Assembly: GCF_004339015.1 (NCBI RefSeq)
Contig: NZ_SMFQ01000002.1
Span: forward strand, 309,351-373,350
Source of the DNA: Cocleimonas flava
Lineage (GTDB): Bacteria > Pseudomonadota > Gammaproteobacteria > Thiotrichales > Thiotrichaceae
Reading direction: 5' to 3'
Length of the DNA: 64,000 bases
Numbering within the stretch: position 1 is the stretch's first letter; every line of letters starts with the position of its first letter. Shown in pieces: positions 20,921 to 31,072 of this stretch. The notes under the pieces were generated by a model. It was not told where the DNA came from, ran no database searches, and saw nothing but the letters and a program-made list of their open reading frames with translations. The position numbers were made by a program, and so were the translations under genes.

Positions 20921-21976
20921 GTGCTGCTATATGAGTGTTACGCCATAACTATGTGGAGTCTATTGAATCGAAAAGTGATACAAGTAATCTTGCACTCTGT
21001 TTGCCTGATCAGTTTGGTTTTCACTCATTCAGTTCTTTATGCAGATACTAATAAACTTCCACCCATACTGGATTTGAAAACAGCCCTGAGTTTTGCCAGT
21101 GACCACCCACGCACACGTTTAAACCCAGAACAACAATCGATAATACCACTCCAGCAACCGTTGTTTCTTGGTTGTCACAATCTCACATTTAATAACACAA
21201 CGGTTAGTGATGCAAAACGCAATACCGCCTCAACCTTACTGGTAGAACCAGTAATCCAGCAAGAATTACTAATTCTAAACGCTTTTTTGGATGTTCTACT
21301 ATCTGATTCCAGCCTTATCGGGATTAATGAGGATATGGCAGGAACGTTTATTTCGTGGGATAGAGCGAAAATTCGTCAAGAATTAAAACAGAATTCAGAA
21401 CTCGTAGTGGCCAAGTTAGAAGCGGAATATCAGGAAGTTAGACAAAAATACTTTTCTGCCCAAGCTACTCAACGCCTCACCCGATCAATACTGGCGCAAG
21501 CTATCAATCGCCCTGACGAATTATCCAGTGATCTCGCCCCGCCGCTATTACTTACCTCTCCTAAAAAGCTACCTGAATTTTCAGATTTATATGCAGAGGC
21601 ATTAAAAAATAACAGCTGGATAAAAACGCTCGCAGAAAAATACAATGATGATCAAATGTCGTTGATCAAGATGGATTTACGCCAGCAAATTCTTGAACTC
21701 CTCCTACGCATAACCGTTTTAAAATCAGCTGCCGATCGAGCAGAAGCTGAACTCTATAGCCGTGATCTCGATTTAGAAATGAGTAGAACCCTCTATGAGA
21801 TGGAAGTACGCGCAAGAATCGGTAAATCCATGACATTACAAAGCATGGCGAGAATGGAGGAAGAGCGCGTTAAATACTGTACTACTCTGGCATGGGCTCA
21901 ACTCAATGCATTAATAGGCAAACCAATCATGACTCAAGCAATTGAAACCAAAAAAGCCGAGGAAACGGCACAATGA
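20921..21976 (+). CDS. TolC-like outer-membrane efflux-family protein (short)
   Basis: 351 aa. N-terminal hydrophobic segment. Alpha-helical coiled segments with TolC-like phasing ('LDLKTALSFASDHP', 'LLLRITVLKSAADRAEAELYSRDLDLEMSRTLYEMEVR'). Its stop overlaps the downstream HlyD-like gene by 4 bp (ATGA). The start codon is uncertain. Confidence 0.4.
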   Translation: MLLYECYAITMWSLLNRKVIQVILHSVCLISLVFTHSVLYADTNKLPPILDLKTALSFASDHPRTRLNPEQQSIIPLQQPLFLGCHNLTFNNTTVSDAKRNTASTLLVEPVIQQELLILNAFLDVLLSDSSLIGINEDMAGTFISWDRAKIRQELKQNSELVVAKLEAEYQEVRQKYFSAQATQRLTRSILAQAINRPDELSSDLAPPLLLTSPKKLPEFSDLYAEALKNNSWIKTLAEKYNDDQMSLIKMDLRQQILELLLRITVLKSAADRAEAELYSRDLDLEMSRTLYEMEVRARIGKSMTLQSMARMEEERVKYCTTLAWAQLNALIGKPIMTQAIETKKAEETAQ

Positions 21977-22773
21977 ATATCACTCTGAAATGTATAAACA
22001 ATAATTTACTCATCAAACTTGCCTTAACTTTTTTTATTGTTATCACGAGTTTAGGGGCAAGCGCACAACAGCTTAGTGGCAGACTTGAATGGGTCGATAA
22101 AATTGAAATGAGGGTGCTTGAAGACGGCTTCATAGAAAAGATGAATATAAAAATTGGCCAATATGTAAAGAAAGGTTCGACCTTGCTAGTCATGGATCAA
22201 CGCAAAGCCAAAGCAGAGTTATTAAAGGCAAAAGCCATGATTGCCCGCTCCAAAGTAGAAATGGATGATGCCGACGATGAACTAAAACGTGCAGAAGAAC
22301 TTTATGATCGTGGATTAATTGCAGATGAAGAACTTAAAGATGCAAAAATTAAAGTCGCCGCAGTACAAGCTGAAAGCGAGTCTGCCAATGCGGCGTTGGC
22401 ACTCGCAGAAGTGACACTGGAAAGAAATATTTTACGCGCACCTATTAACGGCATCATTATTACCAAAAACAACCACGAAGGTGGCGTCATATATAAAACT
22501 CAACAACGGGAACCTTTGTTTACAATAGCGCCCAGCGGCAAAATGCTCGCCAGAATACTTGTATCATCTCAGGTTTTAAAACGTTACAAGCCTGGACAAA
22601 AAGCACGCGTTACAGTGAATGGAAAACACTACAACGGTTTTGTTTATTCTCAAGGTGTCGAAGCCGTAAGAATCGAACCCAAAGGTGCAATTTATGAGCT
22701 GGATATTATTTTCAACCATAACCCTCAGGACTTATTAAGGCCTTCTGAGATTGCAAAAGTCACTATTCATTGA
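21973..22773 (+). CDS. HlyD-family periplasmic adaptor / membrane-fusion-like protein
   Basis: 266 aa. N-terminal anchor. Lipoyl-like beta-hairpin 'KIGQYVKKGSTLLVMDQ'. Long coiled coil 'KAKAELLKAKAMIARSKVEMDDADDELKRAEELYDRGLIADEELKDAKIKVAAVQAESESA'. C-terminal beta domain. Confidence 0.6.
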   Translation: MNITLKCINNNLLIKLALTFFIVITSLGASAQQLSGRLEWVDKIEMRVLEDGFIEKMNIKIGQYVKKGSTLLVMDQRKAKAELLKAKAMIARSKVEMDDADDELKRAEELYDRGLIADEELKDAKIKVAAVQAESESANAALALAEVTLERNILRAPINGIIITKNNHEGGVIYKTQQREPLFTIAPSGKMLARILVSSQVLKRYKPGQKARVTVNGKHYNGFVYSQGVEAVRIEPKGAIYELDIIFNHNPQDLLRPSEIAKVTIH

Positions 22774-23016
22774 GCATTTTTCAACAACTCAAAAACCAAT
22801 ACATAGCATTGCTTTTCAATACAATTTAAAAATATAGCAAACATCTATTTTTCCAATGATTTCAATTGATTAAATAAAGAGATTTATTTGATTTTTCTTT
22901 GAACCAAAGCACTTTGTAAACACTCTCACCCCAGTCAAAATATTTTAATAAATATTTTAGTCACAACTTTTTTACCTATCTATTAGATAGGTTGTTTTTT
23001 GGGGTAAATTTTAAAA

Positions 23017-24198
23017 ATGAATAAATTAAATATACTAGGCAGTGCAATTGCACTTGGTCTAACAGGCGCATTCACATCTGCTCATGCAGAACCATTAATT
23101 ACAGACTACAAAGAAGCAACATCAGCTTATGAAGATGCTTATGTATCTGGTAACTTTAACTCGAACGATGGTAATCAGGATCAGGCTAGCTATAACCTGG
23201 ACCTAACACTGGACTACGAGAAAGTATTCAGTTCACCAAACCGTAACACTAAAATCGACTTTTTAGGCACAGGCTCTTCTGCTAAAGGCGGAAATGAAGG
23301 TGATAAGAGTTCAAGTACTTACCAGGCACTTGGTTCAGCAACAGTAGATAACTACTTCACACCGAATAGCAATGCAGCATTCTGGTACGGCAAAGGTGAA
23401 GTTGGTATTCAGAAAGATCAGGAAGACCCATTCACAAAAGCTACAGCAGGTATCGGTTATGGCCGTGTTGTTAACGTAACACCAATGGCTTATGCAATCA
23501 GAATCATGCAAAAGCTTCGTGAAGAAGGCTTTTTGAAAGCTGATCCTAGCAATGATATTTACCAGCAAGTAGCAGTAATTGTAGATAAAGAGTCTGAGTA
23601 CAAGTCTAAGTACGGACTTGATGACTACAAGCAATACTGGTTACAGGATATTCAGAAAGTTATTGAGACTTCTGGCATGGTACAGGGTGACTTCAACGCT
23701 AGAGCGGTTGTTCAAACTTATGACGTATTAGAAAACGAGCGTGTTTCTACACGTAAAAACGGTTGGTTAGTGCGTGCAGGTGTTGGTGCAGTATTAAGCA
23801 ACTACGACGGTTCAGACGGTAAGCCAGCACTAGAAGTTGGAGCGGAATACCACAGACCAATCAATAACAAGACTCAGTTCTCTAACGAAGCGATTGCAAC
23901 TGCTACATTAGACGATGATGACAATGGTTATAACTTCAATAACGCAATGAGTTTGACTTACGAATTGTCTGACCTGATTGACTGGGAAAACAAGTGGACT
24001 CTAGCGTATGCAACGTCTGACGATACAGATGATGTTACAACTAACACATTAAGTTCTGCGTTCTACTACAGCCTAACTAACCAGCTTGATTTTGGTGTTG
24101 AAGGCAAGTTAACTAAACTTGATGACAGCATTTCTAACAATGGTAATGACGAAGTTGATAAGAGCTTAACAATGGGCGTTAAATACCGTTTGAAGTAA
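23017..24198 (+). CDS. Putative outer-membrane beta-barrel protein
   Basis: 393 aa. Signal peptide ending 'TSAHA'. Composition rich in G/N/D/S/T/Y with alternating amphipathic beta strands. No enzyme motifs. Confidence 0.4.
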   Translation: MNKLNILGSAIALGLTGAFTSAHAEPLITDYKEATSAYEDAYVSGNFNSNDGNQDQASYNLDLTLDYEKVFSSPNRNTKIDFLGTGSSAKGGNEGDKSSSTYQALGSATVDNYFTPNSNAAFWYGKGEVGIQKDQEDPFTKATAGIGYGRVVNVTPMAYAIRIMQKLREEGFLKADPSNDIYQQVAVIVDKESEYKSKYGLDDYKQYWLQDIQKVIETSGMVQGDFNARAVVQTYDVLENERVSTRKNGWLVRAGVGAVLSNYDGSDGKPALEVGAEYHRPINNKTQFSNEAIATATLDDDDNGYNFNNAMSLTYELSDLIDWENKWTLAYATSDDTDDVTTNTLSSAFYYSLTNQLDFGVEGKLTKLDDSISNNGNDEVDKSLTMGVKYRLK

Positions 24199-24276
24199 TC
24201 GAACCCCGAAAATAGAGCTTATTTTGTTAGATTCTGCTCTATATCTTAATACCAAATCTAACGACTAGAGGGGCTT

Positions 24277-24302
24277 TTAGCCCCTCTTTTTATTGGTATA
24301 AA
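24277..24302. terminator. Bidirectional rho-independent terminator ('gaggggc-tttta-gcccctc' followed by a T-run) between the convergent beta-barrel gene and miaA
   Basis: 7-bp GC-rich stem flanked by an A-run and a T-run. Confidence 0.65.
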
Positions 24303-24365
24303 CCTTGTCCGATTTCTTAATTAGAATATTTGTTACTGTATATCTTTGCAGATAAATTTCTATTT

Positions 24366-25301
24366 CTATTCTTTAGCTAAAAAGCTTTCAATATCCGCTT
24401 TAACCTTTTCCAGCTTGTAGCCTTTTGCACCATACTCGGTAATGTTTTGCTCAGAGCGTAAATAGGTCATTTGGCGTTTGGCTAATTGACGGGTTGCGAT
24501 TACCGCACGCTCTTTCATTTCTTCGAAATCCAGCTCACCCTCCAAATATTGCCATGCTTGACGATAACCCACACAGCGCATTGATGGAAAATTCAAATCC
24601 AGATCACCACGCTCACGTAACGCTTTCACCTCATCGATAAAACCAGCTTCTAACATTTGATCAAAACGAATAGCTGCCAATTCACGAATCCATTCACGCT
24701 CCTCCGGAATTAATGCAATTTTCATTAAGCGATAAGGAATCGGTTCTACAACCTGATCTTGTTGATGTTTCGTCAGCGTCTTTCCTGTTAGTTCAAAGAC
24801 TTCAAGCGCACGCTGAATGCGCTGCTGATCATTAGGATGAATACGCTCGCCAGCGACTGGATCAACTTCCAACAAACGTTGATGCAAGCCATCCCAGCCA
24901 ATTTGCTCTGCTTCTTTAGTCAGCTTTTCACGAACATCCTGGTCAGCTTGTGGCATTTCAGCGATACCGTTTTCTAGCGCACGGTAATACAGCATTGTTC
25001 CACCAACCAACACCGGAATTTTACCTTTAGCGGTAATTTCGGCCATTTCCCGTAAAGCGTCCGTTCTAAAATCAGCTGCAGAATAGGACTCAGACGGATC
25101 TAAAAAGTTAATTAACCGATGTGGAGCAGCTTCCAGTTCCTCTGCCGTTGGTTTTGCCGTACCAATATCCATATCTTTATAAACGAGTGCAGAATCCACA
25201 CTGATTAACTCGATAGGAAAGTGTTCCATCAACTTAATCGCAAGGCCTGTTTTACCTGAAGCGGTTGGACCGATAATAAAAATGGCAGGAGGTAAACTCA
25301 T
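24366..25301 (-). CDS. miaA: tRNA dimethylallyltransferase
   Basis: 311 aa. P-loop 'IGPTASGKT'. MiaA-type overall. Confidence 0.9.
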   Translation of the reverse strand: MSLPPAIFIIGPTASGKTGLAIKLMEHFPIELISVDSALVYKDMDIGTAKPTAEELEAAPHRLINFLDPSESYSAADFRTDALREMAEITAKGKIPVLVGGTMLYYRALENGIAEMPQADQDVREKLTKEAEQIGWDGLHQRLLEVDPVAGERIHPNDQQRIQRALEVFELTGKTLTKHQQDQVVEPIPYRLMKIALIPEEREWIRELAAIRFDQMLEAGFIDEVKALRERGDLDLNFPSMRCVGYRQAWQYLEGELDFEEMKERAVIATRQLAKRQMTYLRSEQNITEYGAKGYKLEKVKADIESFLAKE

Positions 25302-25395
25302 AGTTGGCTAAGGTGTGAATTGGGAAGTAAATGATACATCAAAGCAATGAATATCTCATTGACGTATTATTATAGAGTATTGAATAAAGCGTATA

Positions 25396-25480
25396 GGCAC
25401 CCCCCTACTTTGAATGATATTACGTTTTTGTTTTTTGAAAACGTAAATAGAATTTATGCAGAGCCGGGCACTTTCTCTTC
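25396..25480 (+). repeat. Composite REP-like element with about 52-nt internal insertion ('cacccccctacttt|gaatgatattacgtttttgttttttgaaaacgtaaatagaatttatgcagagcc|gggcactttc')
   Basis: The REP core is split exactly between 'tacttt' and 'gggcact' by an insert that contains its own hairpin 'acgtttttg...aaaacgt'. The same insert is seen at 39738-39796. Confidence 0.65.
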
Positions 25481-25519
25481 AAACAGATCTTTCAACAGAT
25501 GTGAAAGAAGCTAAAGAAA

Positions 25520-26728
25520 CTAATGTCGAGCTAATGATTTAGCTGATGGCTTCACCGGAGAATTGGTAGGCAACTTCCTTTTAACAGCTCCCGCTTTGAA
25601 GGACTTATTCTTACGGGGATTATCTTTTAATAAACTAGAATGTGTATTCTTGTATGGGCATATAAGATAGTTTGCTTTTTTTCGCAGTGGTTTTATATTT
25701 TGATAATTGCTCAATGCCTTAAACGAAACCTTCGTATCATCGCCTGTTTCGGCTATACGTACAGTATCTCTGCCAGCTGATTTGGATTCGTATAATGCAA
25801 GATCTGCTCGGCGAAACCAGCTCTCCGCATCATCAAAGGGCATAATTTCAGAAACACCTACGGAAACAGTTACTTGATGTTTAGATAACTCAGCGCTTTC
25901 TTTTATAAATTTACGAATTGAATCTGCGAGATTCCCAGAATCTTCCAAGGAAGAGTTTTTAGCTAAAACAACAAATTCTTCACCACCAAAACGATAGATA
26001 AAATCCGTTGTGCGGATCTTCGATTTGACCAATTTTGCGAAATCAACCAAGACCTGATCGCCCGCATTATGACCCTTAGTGTCATTTATTTTTTTGAATT
26101 GATCCAAATCCAGCAACAACATCGACACAGGGGTTCGATAGCGCCTGTAATTTCTGATTATCTCATCGACTTTCTCATCAAAAGATCGTCTGTTTTTAAT
26201 GCCCGTAAGCGTATCTTCAGAAACCAATTTCTGTAATTTATTATTATTGTACTCAGCACGCATACTTAGAATAAATCCAAATAATCCTACTAGAGCCAAG
26301 CTAGGATAAATGCTCATAGCCTCGGCATTTGTCAGCTTGCCATGAAATAATAACGTAGTTAAACCAATAAAGATGATGTTGGCAATCAATGCGGGGACTG
26401 ACTTTAATAGAAAGTAGGTTGCGCCCATTGCAGGGAATGCCCAAAAAACAGTTTCTGCCCCTTTCAGGTACATAACACTTAAAATGCCAAGCATAAACAT
26501 GAGGACTGAAAATCTATTCAGGTATTTAATTTTCTTTGATTGCCAGGCTTGCGTAAAGATCAAAACCATCAACAACGCCATTACCATGTCTATTGCGGCT
26601 AGCGTCAAATCGCCAGTGAAGAACCGGTATATGGAAAAGGGAACGAGAAAAATAAAAGTTAAGCCAGCGCCGTAAAGCACAAACTGCTCTTCTAAACTTC
26701 TTGATCCGCACTTGAATGATTTAAACAT
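25520..26728 (-). CDS. Membrane-anchored diguanylate cyclase (GGDEF domain)
   Basis: 402 aa. About 5 N-terminal TM helices. 'RFGGEEFVVL' GGEEF active site. Preceding 'LLLDLDQFKKINDTKGHNAGDQVL'. Confidence 0.85.
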   Translation of the reverse strand: MFKSFKCGSRSLEEQFVLYGAGLTFIFLVPFSIYRFFTGDLTLAAIDMVMALLMVLIFTQAWQSKKIKYLNRFSVLMFMLGILSVMYLKGAETVFWAFPAMGATYFLLKSVPALIANIIFIGLTTLLFHGKLTNAEAMSIYPSLALVGLFGFILSMRAEYNNNKLQKLVSEDTLTGIKNRRSFDEKVDEIIRNYRRYRTPVSMLLLDLDQFKKINDTKGHNAGDQVLVDFAKLVKSKIRTTDFIYRFGGEEFVVLAKNSSLEDSGNLADSIRKFIKESAELSKHQVTVSVGVSEIMPFDDAESWFRRADLALYESKSAGRDTVRIAETGDDTKVSFKALSNYQNIKPLRKKANYLICPYKNTHSSLLKDNPRKNKSFKAGAVKRKLPTNSPVKPSAKSLARH

Positions 26729-26835
26729 CGCTTGTTTTTATTATAAATAGTGCTTTACTTTAAAACATTGAGCCTTAACTTAGTCTTAACATAGTTGTTA
26801 TCTAGTGCAGTTTTAGATAAATATTATGGGAGTTG

Positions 26836-28800
26836 TTATTGACCACGCATGAATAGCTTATCGAGCTGATCTACCGACATTTGCGTCCACGTTGGACGTC
26901 CGTGATTACACTGACCACTGCGCTCTGTGCGCTCCATATCACGCAACAAGGCATTCATCTCTGGAATCGTTAAACGGTGGTTCGCACGAACAGAACCATG
27001 ACAAGCCATAGTTGAGAGTATTTCATTCATTTCCTGCTGAATGCGTTCACTGCTGCCATGCTCCAGTAAATCAGACAGTACATCGCGCACTAACTGTTCC
27101 ACATTCGAATCTTTTAGCAAGCTAGGCACCGCACGAATGGCTAATTTTTCTGGCGCGAGTCTGTTCAACTCAAAACCCAGTTGCTCAAACGTTTCAGCAA
27201 ATTCTTCGGCGCAATCACCTTCTTTTTTACTCACAGATAATGAGCTAGGAACCAGCATCGGTTGAGAGCGTACATTGTCTTCCGCCATACTTTTCTTTAA
27301 GTATTCGTAGGTGATACGTTCGTGTGCCGCATGCATATCAACCACAACTAAACCTTCGGCATTTTCTGCCAGAATATAAATACCATGCAATTGTGCCACG
27401 GCAAAACCTAACGGCGGCACTTCACCAGTATTTTGATTTTCGCTAACAGGCATTGATGATGTGACATGCGTCGAAAGTTTTTCAGAAAACTTGTCTGAAA
27501 GTGGGGGGGTGTAATTAGATGAGCCACTGCGTTGATTTACCGATGGAATAAAGCTCGTATTCAAGCTGCTAGTAACATTTTCAACATTATTTTCAGAGTT
27601 ATCGCCGGCACTGTCATGCATGCGCTGATAAGCCGCCATTTGCTCTGCTACTTGCCCAGGCTGAATATTATTAACTGGTATATTCAACCGTTGCTGTGAC
27701 CTAATCGCTTCGCGGTTGTACTCCGCCATACTCATTTTTTCTGTCCCATTATTTGGGATAGCAGGGGCAGACTCAGCAGCCTCATTAGGTCGTACATCTG
27801 CTAACGCCTGATGCAGTGTTCGATACAGAAAATCATGCACCAAACGTGCATCACGAAAACGCACTTCGTGTTTGGTTGGGTGTGCATTGACATCCACTTT
27901 TTCTGGTGCAAGCTCAAGAAATAATGCATACGCAGGGTGTCGGCCGTGGAATAACACATCGCTGTACGCTTGACGTACCGCGTGAGTGACGACGCGGTCT
28001 TTAATGATTCTACCATTTACATAAAAATATTGAAGATCAGCTTGTGATCGTGAAAACGTCGGCAACCCAACCCAACCCCAAAGCTTTAAACCAGCTGCTT
28101 CATAATCCAGATACAGTGACTGCTCCATAAAAGCAGGACCACAAATTTCTGATACGCGTCGATCTGCTCCGACTCGCTCTAATGCGGGCTGTAATGTCAG
28201 TAAATTGCGTTGACCGTGGCGTAAGGTGATCCCGATTTGAAAATTGCTTAGGGATATCTTCTTTACCACTTCCTGCAGGTGTTTGAATTCGGTATTTTCA
28301 GTTTTTAAAAACTTGCGTCGTGCAGGTACATTATAAAATAAATCACGCACTTCAATGGTTGTACCTTTAGCGTGTGCAGTGGGCTCTGGATCATCAAACG
28401 CTTCTGCACCATCATCGCGATGTTGCGGCGAAACCGTCCAGCCCTGTTCGTTATCTTCCGTACGCGAGCTAATCGTCATCCGCGATACAGAAGCGATACT
28501 CGGCAACGCCTCACCACGAAAACCCAAGGAAGCGACATGTTCCAAGTCATCCAGTGAAGCAATCTTACTGGTCGCATGACGACTCAACGCCAGCGCTAAT
28601 TCTTCTTTGGGAATGCCCTTACCATCATCGCGGATACGAATGCGCTTTAAACCACCCTGCTCGATATCAATCTCGATTTTTTTCGAACCTGCATCAATGG
28701 AGTTTTCTAGCAATTCTTTAACCACAGATGCTGGGCGCTCTACCACCTCGCCTGCGGCAATCTGGTTAACTAAATGTGGGGGTAGTTGTTTGATGCTCAT
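26836..28800 (-). CDS. mutL: DNA mismatch repair protein MutL
   Basis: 654 aa. GHKL ATPase N-terminus '[13 protein letters not shown]', 'GFRGEAL'. C-terminal dimerisation domain. Confidence 0.95.
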   Translation of the reverse strand: MSIKQLPPHLVNQIAAGEVVERPASVVKELLENSIDAGSKKIEIDIEQGGLKRIRIRDDGKGIPKEELALALSRHATSKIASLDDLEHVASLGFRGEALPSIASVSRMTISSRTEDNEQGWTVSPQHRDDGAEAFDDPEPTAHAKGTTIEVRDLFYNVPARRKFLKTENTEFKHLQEVVKKISLSNFQIGITLRHGQRNLLTLQPALERVGADRRVSEICGPAFMEQSLYLDYEAAGLKLWGWVGLPTFSRSQADLQYFYVNGRIIKDRVVTHAVRQAYSDVLFHGRHPAYALFLELAPEKVDVNAHPTKHEVRFRDARLVHDFLYRTLHQALADVRPNEAAESAPAIPNNGTEKMSMAEYNREAIRSQQRLNIPVNNIQPGQVAEQMAAYQRMHDSAGDNSENNVENVTSSLNTSFIPSVNQRSGSSNYTPPLSDKFSEKLSTHVTSSMPVSENQNTGEVPPLGFAVAQLHGIYILAENAEGLVVVDMHAAHERITYEYLKKSMAEDNVRSQPMLVPSSLSVSKKEGDCAEEFAETFEQLGFELNRLAPEKLAIRAVPSLLKDSNVEQLVRDVLSDLLEHGSSERIQQEMNEILSTMACHGSVRANHRLTIPEMNALLRDMERTERSGQCNHGRPTWTQMSVDQLDKLFMRGQ

Positions 28801-28938
28801 GGATTTATATTTTTACTTGATAAAGTATTTAGCAGGAAAAACAGAAGATCATATTGTAAAGCATATAAGAATGAATCGTAGGGCTGTTTTTGATATTACC
28901 TATCAACCGAAGCCCCAACTCTCTATAACCGTTATTTA

Positions 28939-29232
28939 TTAACGAGTAACCCAATAATCAGGTTTTCTATGCAAATGAGAAACTGCCACAACTAAAATTT
29001 CTTTCTTATCTTCGATATATTGATAAATTAAAGAGTAAGGAAAACTTTGGATCAAACACCTTCGTGTGAATTGACCTATTTGGACATAGGATTTTGGAAA
29101 CTTAATAATTCTAAGTTTTGAATTATTTAATTCATCCAGAAATCGAAAACCTAAGCCTTCTTGAATAGACTCGTAATACTCAAATGCCTCATCAAGTTCA
29201 GCCTGAGCAACTTCAAGAAACCTTACTTTCAT
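28939..29232 (-). CDS. Type II toxin, ParE/RelE superfamily
   Basis: 97 aa. The start overlaps the upstream antitoxin stop by 4 bp. 'FLEVAQAELDEAFEYYE' N-terminus and C-terminal 'RILHRK-like' region typical of ParE/RelE folds. Confidence 0.65.
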   Translation of the reverse strand: MKVRFLEVAQAELDEAFEYYESIQEGLGFRFLDELNNSKLRIIKFPKSYVQIGQFTRRCLIQSFPYSLIYQYIEDKKEILVVAVSHLHRKPDYWVTR

Positions 29233-29495
29233 TTCTTCATATATTTTGAAAACACCTGCTCATCTGATACTGACTTTAATTCACCTTTCTTATGGGCTTC
29301 TACTCGGGAATCAGCTTCCTTTGCCCATAATTCATCTATTCTAGGGTCAGGACTATCGAGGCTAGAAAGTAATTTTTCAGCCACATCTGCACGCTCATTC
29401 GCACTCAGTTCGAGTGCTTTATCTAATATAGAACTTGCTGAATTTGACATACATCGCTCTCTTATTAATTTTGAACTATTCAATATTATATCCAC
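29229..29495 (-). CDS. Antitoxin ('putative addiction module component' type)
   Basis: 88 aa. 'ILDKALELSANERADVAEKLLSSLDSPDPRIDELWAKEADSRVEAHKKGE'. Positioned 5' of and overlapping the toxin. Confidence 0.6.
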   Translation of the reverse strand: MDIILNSSKLIRERCMSNSASSILDKALELSANERADVAEKLLSSLDSPDPRIDELWAKEADSRVEAHKKGELKSVSDEQVFSKYMKK

Positions 29496-29603
29496 ATTTT
29501 AATGGAATACCGAATAACATCATTTTAGTTCTGAAACTGTCGTAAAAAAACCAGGATAAACCTGGTTCTTTTATTCACATATTAATAAACCTGAACTACT
29601 GGC

Positions 29604-29984
29604 TTAATCGTCTTCCTTCTTTTTAAGCTTTGTTTTCTTTTTCGATTTAACTTTCTGCTCAGCCTTCTTCACGACTTTCTTTTTGGATTTGGCTTTTGCC
29701 TTACTTGGAGCAGAGACAACACCCTTAGTTAAAGATAGGCTCGACTTAATCTTTTTATACAGCTTTTCACCAATGCCTTTAACTTCCTTGATTTCTTCTA
29801 TCTTCTCAAACTTCTTATGTTGTTTTCGGTATTTTACAATATTTAGCGCTTTTTTCTCTCCGACACCCTTTAGATAATGCTGTAACGCACTTGCATCGGC
29901 TTTATTCAAGTTAACAATTTCCGCTGATGCAGAAAACGAGACAAAAGAAAGAAATACAGCAAAGAAAAGTGATTTTAATTTCAT
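29604..29984 (-). CDS. comEA: ComEA-like periplasmic helix-hairpin-helix DNA-binding protein with lysine-rich C-terminal tail
   Basis: 126 aa. Signal peptide 'LFFAVFLSFVSFSASA'. 'NLNKADASALQHYLKGVGEKKALNIVKYR' and 'IEEIKEVKGIGEKLYKKI' HhH motifs. 35-aa tail 'KAKAKSKKKVVKKAEQKVKSKKKTKLKKK'. Confidence 0.65.
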   Translation of the reverse strand: MKLKSLFFAVFLSFVSFSASAEIVNLNKADASALQHYLKGVGEKKALNIVKYRKQHKKFEKIEEIKEVKGIGEKLYKKIKSSLSLTKGVVSAPSKAKAKSKKKVVKKAEQKVKSKKKTKLKKKEDD

Positions 29985-30354
29985 ATTAATTACCTGTTTT
30001 TATTGAAGTTATGTAAATGCTTTTTTTCAAAAGCACAACGATATAAACACAAGTTATATTTTGCATGCAATTATTTATTGATAAACGGCAGTAATAAGAC
30101 CTAACAAATTAAATGATGTCAAAATCAAACATAAAAATCTATCAACCCCTTCTCATTCATACTTAGCATTAAGGTTGCGTTAAATTATTTGCTGATAAAA
30201 TAATGTAATAAGAAATTTAAACTCAAATCATTTTTGTTGGTGAAATTTTGATCTGAATGGAGTCCAAAGAATTATCATGGAATGATGGGGCAAACAAAAC
30301 CGCTATAACCGTCTATTCTTTTTTACTAAGACATACTAAAAAAAATAAACATTT

Positions 30355-30981
30355 ATGACTGATTTTCTCAACAATGCATTCGCCTTCCCTACGCTTTTCT
30401 ATACAGGCTTGCTGATTTTAACCGTACTTTACTGGCTTGCATCCAGCCTTGGTTTTGCAGACCTTGATCTTTCAGAAGGCGTAGAAATTGAAGTTCCAGA
30501 TGTTGCCGATACTTCTGGCTGGTTAAGCAAATTCAAACTTGATGGGATTCCACTGACCATCAGTATTTCTTTAGTTATCTTTTTTTCATGGGTAATTTGT
30601 TTTATTGCCGTACATTACTATCAGGATCAAATATCAAATAATCTTGTCGAAATATTCGTAGGCATCTGGATCATTATTCTAGCGCCCTTTATCTCAGCAC
30701 CCATTGTTGGAACATTACTTACACCACTAAAGCCATTCTTTCAAAAGCTAAAAGATAGTGCAGAAGGTCGACATGCAGATTCGCTGATTGGTCACCTCGC
30801 TATTGTAAGAACCAATAAAGTAACAATGAATTTCGGGGATGCAGAAATAAATGACGAAGGCGCAAACCTTATTTTAAAAATACGCGCTGAAGAACCGAAT
30901 GACTTTAAACGTGGTGATAGCGTCATCATCACTGAATATATCGCAGACGAAAATACATACCGGGTTAGAGCAACGGCATAA
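30355..30981 (+). CDS. yqiJ: YqiJ/NfeD-like inner-membrane protein (partner of flotillin)
   Basis: 208 aa. Three or four TM helices followed by a short C-terminal beta-rich (OB-like) domain ('HLAIVRTNKVTMNFGDAEIN...GDSVIITEY'). Directly upstream of an SPFH gene, as with E. coli yqiJK. Confidence 0.6.
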   Translation: MTDFLNNAFAFPTLFYTGLLILTVLYWLASSLGFADLDLSEGVEIEVPDVADTSGWLSKFKLDGIPLTISISLVIFFSWVICFIAVHYYQDQISNNLVEIFVGIWIIILAPFISAPIVGTLLTPLKPFFQKLKDSAEGRHADSLIGHLAIVRTNKVTMNFGDAEINDEGANLILKIRAEEPNDFKRGDSVIITEYIADENTYRVRATA

Positions 30982-31072
30982 CCCATTGGTACAAAACAGC
31001 TTCAATAAAATTAATAAAAATAGATTTAAAAAACTTAAAAATAAACGCTAAAACAAAAAAGGGTACATAAAA

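Noticed and set aside
20921-21976. Prophage or IS remnant as explanation for the hfq-miaA insertion
   Set aside because: There is no transposase, integrase or terminal inverted repeats. The genes encode envelope proteins with host-like GC.
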